From Camelus dromedarius (Eukaryota): a stretch of DNA of 64,000 nucleotides. The stretch is taken from the NCBI RefSeq assembly GCF_036321535.1, contig NC_087436.1, positions 24,368,001 to 24,432,000 of the forward strand. The letters run 5' to 3'. The position numbers and the translations under genes were made by a program. The stretch's first letter is position 1, and every line of letters starts with the position of its first letter. The notes below the pieces were generated by a model that saw only the letters and a program-made list of their open reading frames with translations, did no database searches and was not told where the DNA came from. Below, piece by piece: positions 41,238 through 54,980 of this stretch.

Positions 41238-42769
41238 TTAACGTCTACTCGTTTGTATTTCTTGCTGCTTAATTCTCTCACAGTAGGTGCTAATAGGTAG
41301 ACAAAAGTGGAAGAAGCCTAAGAGAGCAATATAATGTTTATAATGATTACAGAATATCAAAATCTTCATATGAGCCTGCACATTTATTAGTATAGTATTC
41401 ATTCATTTTAGGCCCTTGAGAGATTGCAGTAAATAAGATAAATGCAGTACCTGTTCTTATGGAACCTTACATTCTGTTAGAGGAGGCATACGTTAAACAT
41501 ATAAACAAATAAGATAACTTTAGAGAATGATAAATATAATGAAGAAATAAACTAGAGTAATGTTATTGCAGTTAGAGAATGTTGGGGAGCTATCCAGGAA
41601 TGTAAAATAATCTGGGGGAAGGGAGCCAAAAAGGAGATGTCTCTCTGAAAGGATGGTAGTTGAAGTGAGACCTGTATGATAGGTGAGGATCTGTCAATGA
41701 TCTGAAAGGGCCATGTATCCTAGAGAACAGGAGGTGCAGAATAAGCTTGGTGTGTTGTAGGAATACGGCTAGTGTGACTGGAGCTCAGCAAGCCAGTGAA
41801 GGAGAAACAAGGGATGAGAGAGATCAGAGAGGTGGGGTGGGCTAGCCCTGGGTTGAACTTTATAAAGTCTATGTTAAAAAGTTTAGATTTTTTTTCTAAG
41901 TGTGGTGGGGAAACACTGAAAAAATACTGCAGTGACCTTTATTCTTGACTAAAGAGTTAATTTACAGCTCAGTATATAATTTTATTCTTTAATAATTTCT
42001 GAGTGTGAGTAAATACCTGTAGGATTTTCTAAAAATGTTTTTAGCTTTATAAAGAATAGAATAGAATAAGATGATTTTAGTCCTTCAAATAAAAATAGGC
42101 TTGCATTTATTCGTTCATCCATTCGTTGTACATTCTATAGGCCTGTAAGCATCCATCTTCCAAGACCTATGGAACAAGCTGTAAACCTTGGCTTAGTTAG
42201 GTAAAGGGAGATAATCTTGTAAATAGTTTAGGTCTCAAAGTGAGGGACTGGGTGCACTTTTTCTTAGTTGCTTCTGCACGGGCCTTTTTATTTAGCACTA
42301 TAAAAACGTTTATATTTTGGTGCCAGGTAGTTCTTTTACTTAAAATATAGGTAAATTTTAATTAGGATATAAAGCTTATATCTGAGAATCTCTGTTTCTT
42401 GCTAATACAAAAGTGCAGGCCAACATTTCTAAAAAACAAACAAGCTCAACCCTAAAGAGAGCACAGGAAAAAGAATTTCTGATACTGTCCCTTTCTCTGT
42501 AAGGCCTACAGAAATTATGTGAGAGAATTTGTGAGTTAAAAAATTCATTCCTTCCTCTTGCCACCCTCTTTTTCTTTGGGAAAGGGAAAAGATATGTATA
42601 CTTATGTAGATAAGGTATGTGTAATTCCCATTTAGTATATTTTAAGCCTACATATCAGCCATGTGATGAGCCAATAAGGAAATAGGTAGAAAAATCTCCC
42701 AGGGTGGAGTGGGAGAGGTTCTATATGATTCTTTCAGTTTTAATTTTGAAAACACTTGTATGATCATGA

Positions 42770-43020
42770 GGCAGAAAAAACTTTAAGAGCGTAGGCTCTG
42801 GAGTCAGACTGCTTAGGTTCAAATTCTGATTCTATCATTTGCCTGTTGTTTGACCTTGGGCAAGTTACTTAAATTTCTCTGTGCCTCAGTTTCCCCAGAT
42901 GTAAGATGGGGATAATACCTGTTTTGTAGGACTGTGAACATTAAATAGATTAATACATATAGTGAGTTTAGAATGATGCCTGGCACAGAATAAGTACTCT
43001 ATAAATAATAGCTACTGTTA
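42770..43020 (+). mobile_element. MIR SINE
   Basis: GGCTCTGGAGTCAGACTGC...TGACCTTGGGCAAGTTACTTAA...CTCTGTGCCTCAGTTTCC. Confidence 0.9.
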
Positions 43021-43574
43021 CCCTTCATTGTTTGAAAGAAGAAGGAAAAATAAACTAAGCTAGTTATTGACTTTCTTCTGGGATAAATTCACTTTAACGG
43101 ATTCATATTCCTGTCAAACCAGAATATTAAGAAGATTCTTGTGAAAGGCAGTTCTTTGCTTGTTTTTAAGTTACAAAAGTGAAGAAGTTGATGAAGGTTT
43201 TAGAACTTTCTGTACTAGGGTCTTTAGGATGGCAGTTGCTGGGCTGGTAATTTTTATCTCCAGGAAGAAAAGTTCTTCCAGTTTGCTTTGTTAAATAAAA
43301 CTTAAATAGATTTTAGTTTTTCTTTTTTTGATGACTGGGTATCTACCATATATCCTGATCACCTCTAGCTTCAGCCTCCTATAAAGGAGTTGCTTGACTA
43401 CCTTAAGCTGGTTGAAACAAGTCTTTTATGTATCTCTTTCTAGATGTACAGGAAGCTATTGTGACCAGAGTTGAGACTTTTCAAACATTTTAGCAATGAT
43501 CAGAGCATAAGCCTTGATTTTGAGTGTCACTTTTTCCTTAACCAAACCTTATAGTACACATACATATATATATA

Positions 43575-43856
43575 TTTTTTTGAAGTATAGTCAATTTCCA
43601 ATGTGTCAAATTCTGGTGTACAGCATAATGTTTCTGTCATATATATACATACATATATTCCTTTTCATATTTTTCCTTATAGGCTACTATAAGATACTGA
43701 ATACAGTTCCCTGTGCTATTCAGTATAAACTTGTTGTTTATCAATTTTATATACAGTAGTTAGTATCTGCAAATCCCAGACTCCCAATTTATCCTTTCCC
43801 GTCCTTTTTCCTCTCTGGTAACCGTAAGTTTGTTTTCTGTGTGAGTCTGTTTCTGT
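43575..43856 (-). mobile_element. L1 3'UTR fragment
   Basis: Reverse complement of the family seen at 700-1000 and 5056-5373. Confidence 0.85.
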
Positions 43857-46800
43857 TTACTAGTACGTATTGTTTTGTCCTGTTCTTAATTGATTTGGAA
43901 ATTTGCTTATTCACAGAATATACATGGCTAAATAATTATTTCCACCATTTAATATTTCTTACTAATAGTTCATGGAGTAAGTCTAGAAATGGATATTCAT
44001 ATAAGTTTAGGATTATTAATTAATAATCAGACCTTTGTTGCTTATCTTCATCCTCAAGATAGGTTGGATTCTAAGATATGCTAAATGTGATCTCTCTTCC
44101 CCCATGTTCTTATTCTGACCCTTTTTATTACTGCCCTAGAATTTGAGCATATGTGAAATGGCAACAGAAAGTAGGCAGATAAAAATATTAAAGGAGTGTA
44201 GCTAGGCAGCAATATCATTTTTAGCTCCAGTGATAACTGTGGGCAGCCAAGTCAGGTTGATTTTGTCTTGGTCTCTCTTTGCTCATCAATTCTTTAACTA
44301 ACTGTAACGTTTGATAATTCAGAGTATTTTTAGATGATACTAACCTCATATATTTTCACCATAGTAAAATAAATTGAACAAATCAACATTTGTTAGGTTA
44401 GGCCTCAAATGGGAACCTGGCCATTTGTAGTTCTTTGGTTGATGAAGAAACCCACCAAAACATGCCTAGCAAGGAAAGCATCAAAATAGCTTAAACATAA
44501 CTTAGATGAAGTCACAAATTATCTAAGTTGACTTCTTATCTATATGTCATTCTGTGTCTTTGTCTGTGTGTTCTAACCCAGGGCCATGAGTAAATGAGCA
44601 TTTTAAGAAAGATATTATTATCCAAGGTGAGGGACCTTTGAAATGCAAAATTGTTTTTATGGTTGGCAAATCATTTTACTGACTTTCCTATTAGCCTCCT
44701 CAACCTATTTCTTTTTCTATAAAAGGAGCTCTAAAAAAAAAAAACCAGGAGCTCTAAATCTCTTCCAGATTAAAAGAGTTTTCATATAATGTCTATTAGC
44801 CAGTAAATTTGTTGCATCCAATTTTAAATATCTGCGTCAATCACCTTGCCCTAAAGTAAGTCCTATGACATGATTTCTTGCTGCTCAGTTATTTCCAGCC
44901 CAGACTTTCGGGCCCAAATATTTCTAAAGTATACACTCCTTACACTTAGTTCCATTTTCACAAGGGAATTCTTCTTTCTTTAAAAAATTCATTAGTTTAC
45001 TTTTTATCCCTTTAGAATGTACTGATTTTTCGTTTAATAGATTATAAGAATAAACATCTCAGTTTTGTATGAGGAGCAGTTAGGTTTTAGGTATTATCAT
45101 CTGTTCTGTTACTGCTTTATTATATAAAGCTTTGGCAATATGATGCAGCACTGATTGATGTTATCAAAGAGATAATAACAAATAACATTCATTCAATACT
45201 CACAGTGTGCCAGGCACTTTATATAAAGAATTAAAAGAACTAAACACACCTACTTCCCAGAGTTGTTTTACTATCTTATTATGGATGAGGATATTAACTT
45301 TTAATGAGATAAGTTAGTGTCCAAGATTACATAGTCAGAGGTAAAGCCACCATTCAACAAATATTTATTGAGCACCTGCTGTATTCTCGGGATACAATGG
45401 CCACCAGCTCTTAACTATTAGTCACACTAGCTATAAAGCATACTGTTAAAATAGTCCTCATGTAATAGGGGATAATTATACCTATTTCACAGGGTTATTG
45501 TAAGGATGAAGGGACAGGCATAAAAATGGTTCAATAACTAGAAAATACATGGTTGAGACTATTGAGACTGTTACTATATTAGCATTATAAAATGACATAT
45601 ATAATTCTTGTCAAAGTTGGTTGATAATTTCAATAGGACAGTGAAATATAAATTAGAAATACTTCTGGAATTGAATTCCACATTGAAAAGGTTTACTTTT
45701 ATCAGTGAAATGGCTAAGAATAGTAAGGTTTTTTAGGGGGAGAATTTTTCTGATATCACAGGCAGGAACCAGTTGTGAATTGAACTATATATAGGTTTAG
45801 ATTACAAGCTACAGTTCTTAGTATGATGATAATGCTGTTAATACTGAATAAGAATATCTCTTTAATAGATTACATTCTCATTTGCAGTATTGTCTTCCCC
45901 TTCTTTTGAAGTCAAGTTTAATGAAGTTTAATTTACATATAGTGAAATTCATCCTTAAATTTCCATGTTAGACAAATTGGTATCATTATGCAATGACCAT
46001 CACAATCAAGATGTAGACTATTGCTATCACTCCAAGAAGTTCCTTGTGCCCTTTGAGGTCATCTGCTTCCCATTGATCTGTTTTCTGTCCCTGTAGTTTT
46101 ACCTTTTCTTGAATGTCATATAAGTAGAATCATCCTTCCTCTTTCTGATCTGTTAGGTTGTTTAGATATAGTTGCTGCAGTAGCAAATAAGATAACTGTG
46201 ACCCCAGTTTTCTTACAAATTAGTAGGTATATTAAGAAGCAGTTAAATCAGAGAAAATTAACAGAACCTGCTGGAAAATTGTAAAAAAAAAAAAAAAAAA
46301 AAGAGAGTTTGTCAGAGGATTAGTAAATATTACTCAATTTATATGACATTTAAAAAGAACGAGTTCAGGTGAATGAATTTCATACTTTAGATGGGAAGCT
46401 AATAAAATCAGTTTTAAACCTCTTTCTTTGGACCCCAGTTGTACAAAATTAGATGAATTACAGTCCTTGATTCATGATACACTTAAATAATTATTCCAAG
46501 CATGGCTGTTGTTTATTTTTAATAATATGATAAATACACACAAGTCCATCATTCAACATGAGAACTAAAACATGAGAACTAGAATTCACGTCACATTTAC
46601 CCATGTGTGCCTTAATATAATTTATTTTAAGATCTTTATGAGAATTTTGGTTATATATATTTCTTACTAATTAGTAGGAATTCCTTTTTTCTTTGGAGGG
46701 AGGGGAATTACTTTTCCCAGACTTTTATTTTTCAGTTTTGTTTTTGGTTTCTATTGTTAAGAATTTTAAACCAAAAAATTGGTGTAGTCAAGTTTAGTAA

Positions 46801-46989
46801 ATCCTTGGTTTTTTGCTCTCCATGTCTTATTTAGTAATTTTTCCTTAACTGTGATTTCATGAAGATAAAAAGTTATATATTTAGGTCTTTAGTACACCTG
46901 TAATTCATTTTGTGAATGGTGAGAGGTAGTGATTTAATTCTTTGTCTTTTGTCAATAATCACTTGTCCCAGCATCATATATTAATAGTC

Positions 46990-47026
46990 TTTTTTTTTTT
47001 TTTTGCAGGGTGGTGGGGAGGTAATT

Positions 47027-47104
<78 letters not shown>

Positions 47105-47184
47105 TGTATATGGAAATACTGGGGATTGAACTCAGAACCTCATGCTTGCTAGGCATGCGCTTTAACACTGAACTATGCCCTCCC
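46990..47184 (-). mobile_element. tRNA-derived SINE with internal (TA)n(TATG)n expansion
   Basis: Consensus match; the usual (TTTA)n linker is replaced by ~80 bp of microsatellite (47030-47111). Confidence 0.88.
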
Positions 47185-48069
47185 TGCCTTCATTGATTTT
47201 AGCACTTCCTCTTCCTACATTAAGTTTCCAGTATGCATGGGTCTTTTTGATATACTGGGTTATATCTACACTGTTAATTATTGTCTAATTACCATAGACT
47301 AGGTAGGACAGTTCTTCTCAGGAGGGTTTTGGCTAACTTCTGCCCTTTGTTCTTTTACATACTTTTTTTTCCCCCTTAACTACCTTTGTCAAGTTTTTTG
47401 TAAAACCCTTTTGGGATTTTTGACTGGAAATATATTGAATTTGTTAGATGAATTTGGTGGAAATTGACATCTTTAAGATATTGAGCTTTCCTATCCAAGA
47501 ACATGGTATCTCTTCATATATATAAGACTTCTTTAATTTCTTTCAATAGATTTATTCATTTTCTTCACAAAGGTCTTTGTACATCTTTTGTTAGATTAAG
47601 TCTTAGGTATCTTATAGTTTTGGTGGTTACTGTAAATGATATAGTTTTTTAAAAATTACATTTTCTGTTTGTTGTTGGTATATAGAAAAACAGTTGATTT
47701 TTATATATTGACCTACATCCACACATCTCACAAACACTCTTCTAATATCTGAAGATTCTTTTGGATTTTCTGTGTAGAGAGTCTTGTCATCTACAAACAA
47801 TGATTCATTTCGTCCTTTCCATTTCTTCTGCCTTTTAATTTTTCTTCATCAAACTCTACTGGTCAGGATTGCCAGTGTGGTTTTGAATTGAAGTGGTAAT
47901 TGTAGATGTATATGTTCTTTTCCCAGCATCAAGGAGAAAGTTCTAAATATTTTGCCACTGCTTGTCTTGGCTGCTTTTTTATTTTAATTATTAAATTTAC
48001 CAAGTGATTTTTATTGCATCTACCAAGATGATGTATTAATTATCTATTGCTGCATAACAGATTACCTAC

Positions 48070-48750
48070 AACATGTGTTGATGAGGATGTGGAGAAATTA
48101 GAACCTCTGTACACTGCTGATGAGAATGTAAGATGATGTAGTTTGGCATTTTCTTAAAATCTTAAGCCTAGAATTACTATATGTTCCAGGAATTCCACTC
48201 CTAGGTATATACCTAAGAGAAAAAGAAAACATATGTCCACACAAAAACTTTTACATGAATTTTTATACCAAAATTATTTATAATAGTGAAAAAGGGGAAA
48301 CAACTCAAATTTGCATCAGCTGATGAACAGATAAGTAAAATGTGGTATATCTATGCAATGGAATATTATTCAACATTAAAAAGAATTGAAATACTAATAC
48401 ATGTTACGCATAGATCAATATTGAAAACGTACTAAGTGAAAGAAGCCAGTCACAAAAGACTATATGTTATAAAATTCTCTTTATATGAAATGGCCAGAAC
48501 AAGCAAATCTCTAGAGATAGAAAGTAGATGAGTGGTTGCCAAGGACTAAGGGTTGGGGAAGGATGGGGAGTGATTGCTAATGGCCATGAGTTTTTTTGAG
48601 GGGGAGAGGGTGCTAAAAATGTTCTAAAATTAGATTGTGATGATGTTTGCCCGACTTCATTAATATACTAAAAACCATTGAATTATATGCTTTAAGTTGG
48701 TGAACTGTATTATATGTGAGTTATATCTCAGTAAAGCTGTTTTTAAAAAG
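48070..48750 (+). mobile_element. L1MB-like 3' end
   Basis: GAGGATGTGGAGAAATTAGAACC...AATTCCACTCCTAGGTATATACC...TATATCTCAGTAAAGCTGTT. Confidence 0.85.
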
Positions 48751-50992
48751 GTAGCTACAGATGTAGTTTTGTTAGATACTGCCAAGTTCCCCTCTCAAAG
48801 TGTTGTATCAGTTTGCATTCCCACCAGCAATGTATAGATGTTTTACCAACAGAATATAATGTTGTGTATTTTAATTTTCACCAATCTGAGGAAAGGAATC
48901 TGTTTTTTAATATTTGCATTTTTCTGTGAGTAAATTTGAACATCTTTTCATATGTTTAAGGGCTATTTTTATATCTGTTCTTGTGAATTGTGTGTTTGTG
49001 TATTTTTCATATTTTTCTCTTGGATTTGTTCTCTATTTTAAGCATCGCTTATATGTTAGTGATAAGTAGCCTTTTGTGATATAGTATCTTATTTCTAATA
49101 TCATAGATGGAGTTTTCCTTGTTTTTGTACTTTGTACAAATAAAATCATGCACATAAACTTTTTTAATGACAGTATGATCTGTATTCTGGGCAACTAAAT
49201 TATAATCTGAGCTGAATTTACTTCTGAGTGATACTTAGGTTTGCTATCATTTCTCAGAGGTTTTTTTTTTCAGTCCTCTTATTTTAGTTGCTTCTCTTAT
49301 TGTTATACCAATTTTTACCCCTTATTCTAGTCTTAGACCAAATGGTGTTTCCTTTCTGAAGTCTTTCTAGAACATACCCACTCCCCAGGGCTGACTTAGG
49401 TGTTCCTTTTTAAAATATTTCCACTGTACTCTGTAGTTTCCTTTATAGCATTTATATTATTGTAATTGTTTCTATGTGTTTCTCCTTACTAGACTCTAAG
49501 CTGTTTGAAGGCTGAGTCTTCACTTCATTTTTGTGTTCCTGGCATAGTGCTGTATTTGGTATGTAGTAAGTGCTAAATAAATCTTATTGAAAGACCTGGT
49601 ATAGTAAGAAAGAGGAAAGAGGTGATGTTATTATAGGGAAAAAGTTGTCCATGAGGGACAAGTGGAATTTGAAAACCAAGAAAGAGGGCATTCCTAGTGA
49701 GAGAAGGGAACCAGCAAAGAATAGGCATGGAAATGAGCATGGTCTTTGTAGTGAACAGTGATAATATTTGTCTGATTGGAACATGTTTGTTTATTCTTGT
49801 ATTCATCACATCGTTACTGTGTATCCTGTATGAAGGGCACTGTTTTCAGTGGTATAAACCACGGATTTTTAGAAACTGGACACACAGATATTTATAATTT
49901 GGTGCATTGGGAAAGCAGTAGGAATTAAGATTAAGATGGTAAGGAGAAGCAATAGTTTAGAGAGCACTGAAAGAAAGGCATAGATATTGGCCATGATATG
50001 GTTGATAGGAGGTGGCAAGTGAATGATTTGCTGGAAACAAAGGAGGTGTATAGTGTGGATTAGGGGAAGAGAATTATAGAAAATGACATTGAGCCCTTTG
50101 GAGATGAGGTTGCTTTAGAGTTGAGACCTGTAAAACAGCTAGGGATTGGCCAAATGGGCAAACAGGGTAAGGAAATCAAGAAAAGAGAGAGAAAAATTTA
50201 GACAATTGTAAACAACTGTGGTATAAACTTAGATGGAGGGAATAAGGGAAAATGGGCCAGACAAGTGAGTGTGGATTAGATTTGTGACTTCCATACCTGA
50301 GCATATCAGAACGAACATTTTATAACTTCTGAAAAATAGACCTAGACCCCTTGCTTGTTCCTCCTAAAATCAGTGTGCTTGCAAAGAGGTTGAGATTTCA
50401 TCTTGCAGTTGATGATGAACTACTGAAGAATTTTGAGAGGGGCCTGACATTATTCTATCTGGGATCACTCTGATAATGCAGCTGTAGATGGAATGGAAGG
50501 GAGGGAGGATTAGAGATAAATAGGCAAATTCTGAGGCTCTTAACAATAATACAGAGAAATGGTAATAACGACCTCAAGCAAGGCAGAGGATATGAGATTA
50601 TAGAGAAAGGGTCAAGAGAGAAGAGTATGATGGTGTTGATGGAGGAAGGAGTTGCAGATGACTTTAGCGTCTGTTTTAGGCAACTTGTGTGGGTGATAGG
50701 GTAGTTTACTGAGCTAAACATAATAGAAGCATACTTTGGGGGAGATAGCAGAGAAAAAGTTTAGTTTGGGACATACTGGACTTTCTCTCACACTTTTATT
50801 GATCCCATTTAATGACTAGTCCGGATACTCTGACTGATTTCTCTGGATTCATTCTTGACTCTTTCATTCACACCCCACATCCAGTTTGCTATCAAATTTT
50901 GCCCATTTTACCTGAAAAAAATTTTCCCCGAAAGTTGACCACTATTCACTCTCTGCAGAACCTACCACTCAGTACTAGCCACTATCACTTAA

Positions 50993-51107
50993 TTTTTTGG
51001 GGGGTGGGTTGGGAGGTTTACTTATTTTTGGAGAAGGTACTGAGGATTGAACCCAGGACCTCATGCATGCCAAGCATGCGCTCTACCACTTGAATGATAC
51101 CCTCCCC
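50993..51107 (-). mobile_element. tRNA-derived SINE nested in an L2-like relic
   Basis: Reverse-complement consensus match. Confidence 0.87.
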
Positions 51108-52019
51108 ACTCACCTAATCTTTATAGTAGCTTCCAAACTGATCTCTCTGCTTCTGTGCTTGTCCCCTTGTGTATTCTCAATCCAACATCTGAATGATCCT
51201 TATAATGAAGAGGTCATCTCTCTGCATAAACCTCTCCTTTTCCCTGGGGTAAAAGTCCTCACAGAGGGCCTACATGATCCCCTCCTCTTACCTCTCTGTC
51301 ATCATCTTCTTTCTTCTTCTTGCTCACTTCACTCCAGCCATATTGGCCTCCTTGCTGATCCTTGAACTAGTCAGGAGTATTCCCTCTTACGATCTTGAAT
51401 TTTCTCTTTCCTTTGGCTGGAGGTCTCTTTCCCTAGTCATTGGCACAACTCATTCTTTTTTTTCATTTCTCACTCATGTCACTTTTTCAGTGAATTCTTC
51501 TCTTACTACTCAGTTTGAAATTGAAACCCTCTTCCTTGCTGAATATTCTCTCCTTTTGGTTCACTCTCCTTAGCCTTCATCACCATCTATATGTGTGCTA
51601 TACATATTTTGCTTATTTTCATCTCACCCTAGTGGAATATAAGATCCACAAGAACAAAGACTTTTGCTTTATTCACCACTGTATCTCTAGCAACTGAAAA
51701 CTAGTATGTAAAAGGTGCTCAGTTAATATTTGTGAAGTGACTGATTTAATTAATGGAGTCCTTGGGATATCCTGGAATAGATGCTTACTACTTATTTATA
51801 CTCTATATAGTTTCACAAGGAAGTAGAGGCAAGAAAGTGTCTAGTAGACAAACTGGAGCCCATAAATTAGACTGAAAGAGAGATTTGAGGGAAGCCATGG
51901 CAGTACATGAGAAAGCTTAGAAGAGTGTAAAGAGTCAGAAGAGGACTAGGGATGGGATCCTGGAAACACCCACATGGGTAAGAGTTGACCAGAGAGTAAC
52001 ACTGTCCTTAGACTTACCC

Positions 52020-52632
52020 AAGCGAGAACCTTTCTCTGGGCCTTGTGCTTTATAGGTCCTCGTTTAGCCTTCCTCTAACCATAGCCCTCCTGATAGGATA
52101 AGGATTTTGAGGGGCTAAGGGAACTAGTCCATCTGGTACCCATTTCTAGATTGAGCTATGAGTGTTTGAATCCCAGAATTCCTGTCCACGTGGCTTTTCA
52201 CAGGTCTACTCTTTGATTCTCTCCTCTCTTGACTGTAGCATGTGTATGGGCTTTCATAGGCCTAGAGGATAGCCAAGTGGCAGCTGTTTGCGGTCCTATG
52301 GCCAGAGCTTGGACATGTTGTCTGGGATGTCCACATGCATGTATATGAGGTTCCTTGTAGCATGGAATGGAGCTAAAGGTGGGACAAGAAAAAGGGGCAG
52401 GGTGGGGTGGTGGTATGGTCCGCCCATGTGCCCCTGTAGAGCTTGAGTCTTAGAATTCCAAATCAGAACTTTGCCTTTTAGGTTGTTATAAAACTGTGTA
52501 TGTCAAGATAGGAGGATAGAATAATAATTTACTGCTTTGTTAGGTTGGTTTATAATTTTAAACTATTTAGACATACAGTATATGGGCTTACATTTGTACT
52601 CTTCAAGTTCCTTGAAAATTAGGAGTGGGCCT
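52020..52632 (+). mobile_element. hAT-Tip100 element (MER45-family-like)
   Basis: Recalled terminal motif AACTATTTAGACATA...ATGGGCTTACATTTGTACTCTT; 5' limit approximate. Confidence 0.6.
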
Positions 52633-53614
52633 CCAAGAGGGAATTGAAAAGGAGTAGCTAGCGAGGGAGAAGATAAATTTGAAGATAGAGTTTCAAGGAG
52701 GGAGTGATCAGCGCTGTCAAATGCTTCAGAGATGTTAAGTCCTATGAAGACAGAAATGTATCCATTGGATTTGATAAGAAGAATTTAGTAAAAATTTCAG
52801 TTGGTGGTGATGGATGCCTAACTTCCATAGAAGGAGTACCTGAGAAATTAGGAAGTGGAGACAGCATATGAAAGATTTTTTTTGTAGAGTCTTACCCAAT
52901 AAAGGAAGGAACTAGAGCAGTAAGCTGAAGGGGTATGTATGCAGGATCATGGAGGAGTCATGTTTAAGATGAGAGAATCTGTAAATGTTTAGATGTTGAG
53001 GGAAAAGACTCAATGTTAAGTAAGAGAATTAAGGGAAAAGAGGGAATAATTGATGGAACAAGACCTTAGATTCAGTGCATAGGTCAACAGATTAGCTTTA
53101 GAAAGGTGGAGGGCTATTTGAAGAGGCTTAGGAGGTCTGGATGTATATGGATGCCAAGTTTGGAGGGTGAGAGGGCAGAAAGTTGAGTAGCAGGAGAGTT
53201 AACAGGCAATAATATATCATTAATATTGTTTTATAATAGTTGTTTGGGTTAGTCTTTTTAAACTTGATTTTATACTCCTGGGGTTCTGGGGTTATGCCTG
53301 CAGCCACTTGTTAAAATCCTGTTGGTTGATTGAAATATAACCCATAATATGGGGCATGGGCTATATGTCTTGGGCTCTGTCCTTACTCAGTAATTGTTAT
53401 TTAGTAGTGACTTAAAATTTCAAGTTTGAAAAAAGCTGCTGATTCCTCAATAGCCTAGGAATAATTTCTTTATATGTTCATTACATAATGTGTGCCATCA
53501 AGCTTTGGAGATGGTTTGTTGTAATAAGTGTATACTGTCTGAATCACACCTACTTTGGGCAAAATATTTTTTAATAGAATTATATTAATACTATCTTTTT
53601 CCCCCCACTAGTAG

Positions 53615-53699
53615 TTCCAGAGAACTGCTGGTCTATATTTTAGCTCTTGCCAAGTTGTGAAAATAGTGAAAGATGCTTAGACTACTTAACATTCAAACT
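53615..53699 (+). other. ELF2: ELF2 exon 2 (5'UTR); start 53612 or 53615 because of tandem TAGTAG acceptor
   Basis: Polypyrimidine tract CTTTTTCCCCCCAC followed by TAGTAG, donor ACT|GTAAGT at 53699/53700, in non-repeat sequence 1.3 kb before exon 3. Confidence 0.75.
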
Positions 53700-54980
53700 G
53701 TAAGTAAAATTTATTTCTGCTATTATTATCTATATGATTAGAAATCAGAAATTGAAAATAGTTGTTTCCTAATATGATAATAGTGAGCTTTAGTGTGATG
53801 GGATTGTGGATTTTTCTTAATTTTCATTCTTAAGATCCAAATACATCTTATCCCATTTTCTGTTGATAAGATCAAAAAGAGACTAGTAGTACTGATGTGT
53901 CTTAGATAGTGAGGTGAAATTTCTGCTCTTTTCCCCAGGTATTTCTTTTTATTATAGCAGTTTATGAAAATTCTGTATTATTTTATTTCTATATCTGTAT
54001 GGTACCAGTGTTCAAACTTAATATAAGACACAGTATTAATGGAATGATTAATTAGAAATGTATATTCTTTTCTCTTTAAATATACTTACATCTTCTACAT
54101 TCTTTAATTTTTATATTAAAAAATACTATTAGAAATAAATCTCTAATTTCTCTATGAAATATTTAACATACACAAAATAAAATAAAGTGTAACTTTCTAG
54201 AAATAATCTAATGTATAAATCTAGATGATGTACATAATGACACTCATCTCTACTGGGGGAAAAGCTTGAATTACGTTTACTGAATTCACTTGCTACATTG
54301 CATTTTGAACCAATGGCAAAAAAATTGAGGAAAGAGTGATAAAGTAATATGAAAGGCATTCTAAGTCATTTTACTACCTTATTTTCAAACTACTGTTTTT
54401 GAAAGTATAACTCAAATTAATCTGTTTTACAGACCTTATAGAATATTCAAAATGTGAACACAAAATGATTGCTACCATAACCAAAAGAGAATTCTAATTA
54501 ATTATTCAAATAAACAAACCAAATGAGCCAAAGAAGAATGAAATATTTACAAACCAATAAATCTTCTAATTTGTTAGAGACGAATGATTTTAGAAGTTGT
54601 CACTGTCCAGCACATTTAATGTTTTCAGTGCATAAAAAATTGTTTAAATGTCAGGAATTTTTACCAAAATATTTCAGGAATAACAGTATATCTTCATCAA
54701 GAGAGAAGGTTACAACATTTTATGTCTTAGAATATAAATATAATAAGGTCATTCATGTGCAACAGAACATTATTTCAGATTGTAATCTTATTTCAAATTG
54801 TTCAAGAACTTGACAGTTCTAAGCAGAATGCTCATTAGTGCCCTCTTTTGACGCAGGGCTGTATAGGCCTATCTTCTTTTTCTTAGTTTACAAAAATGTT
54901 AAAAATTAGATTGCAAAATATGTTGTTTTATATCCTCCTTGTGTAGTTTTAATAACTTTTCAAATTCTTCCCTTTTTTAG

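Noticed and set aside
50767..50778. TTGGGACATACT, a second miR-1302-like match
   Set aside because: No hairpin; lies in L2-like sequence; chance similarity.
54000..54866. AT-rich stretch with 76- and 96-aa ORFs between exons 2 and 3, possibly an old DNA transposon
   Set aside because: Could not identify termini or family, and the ORFs show no recognisable protein features.
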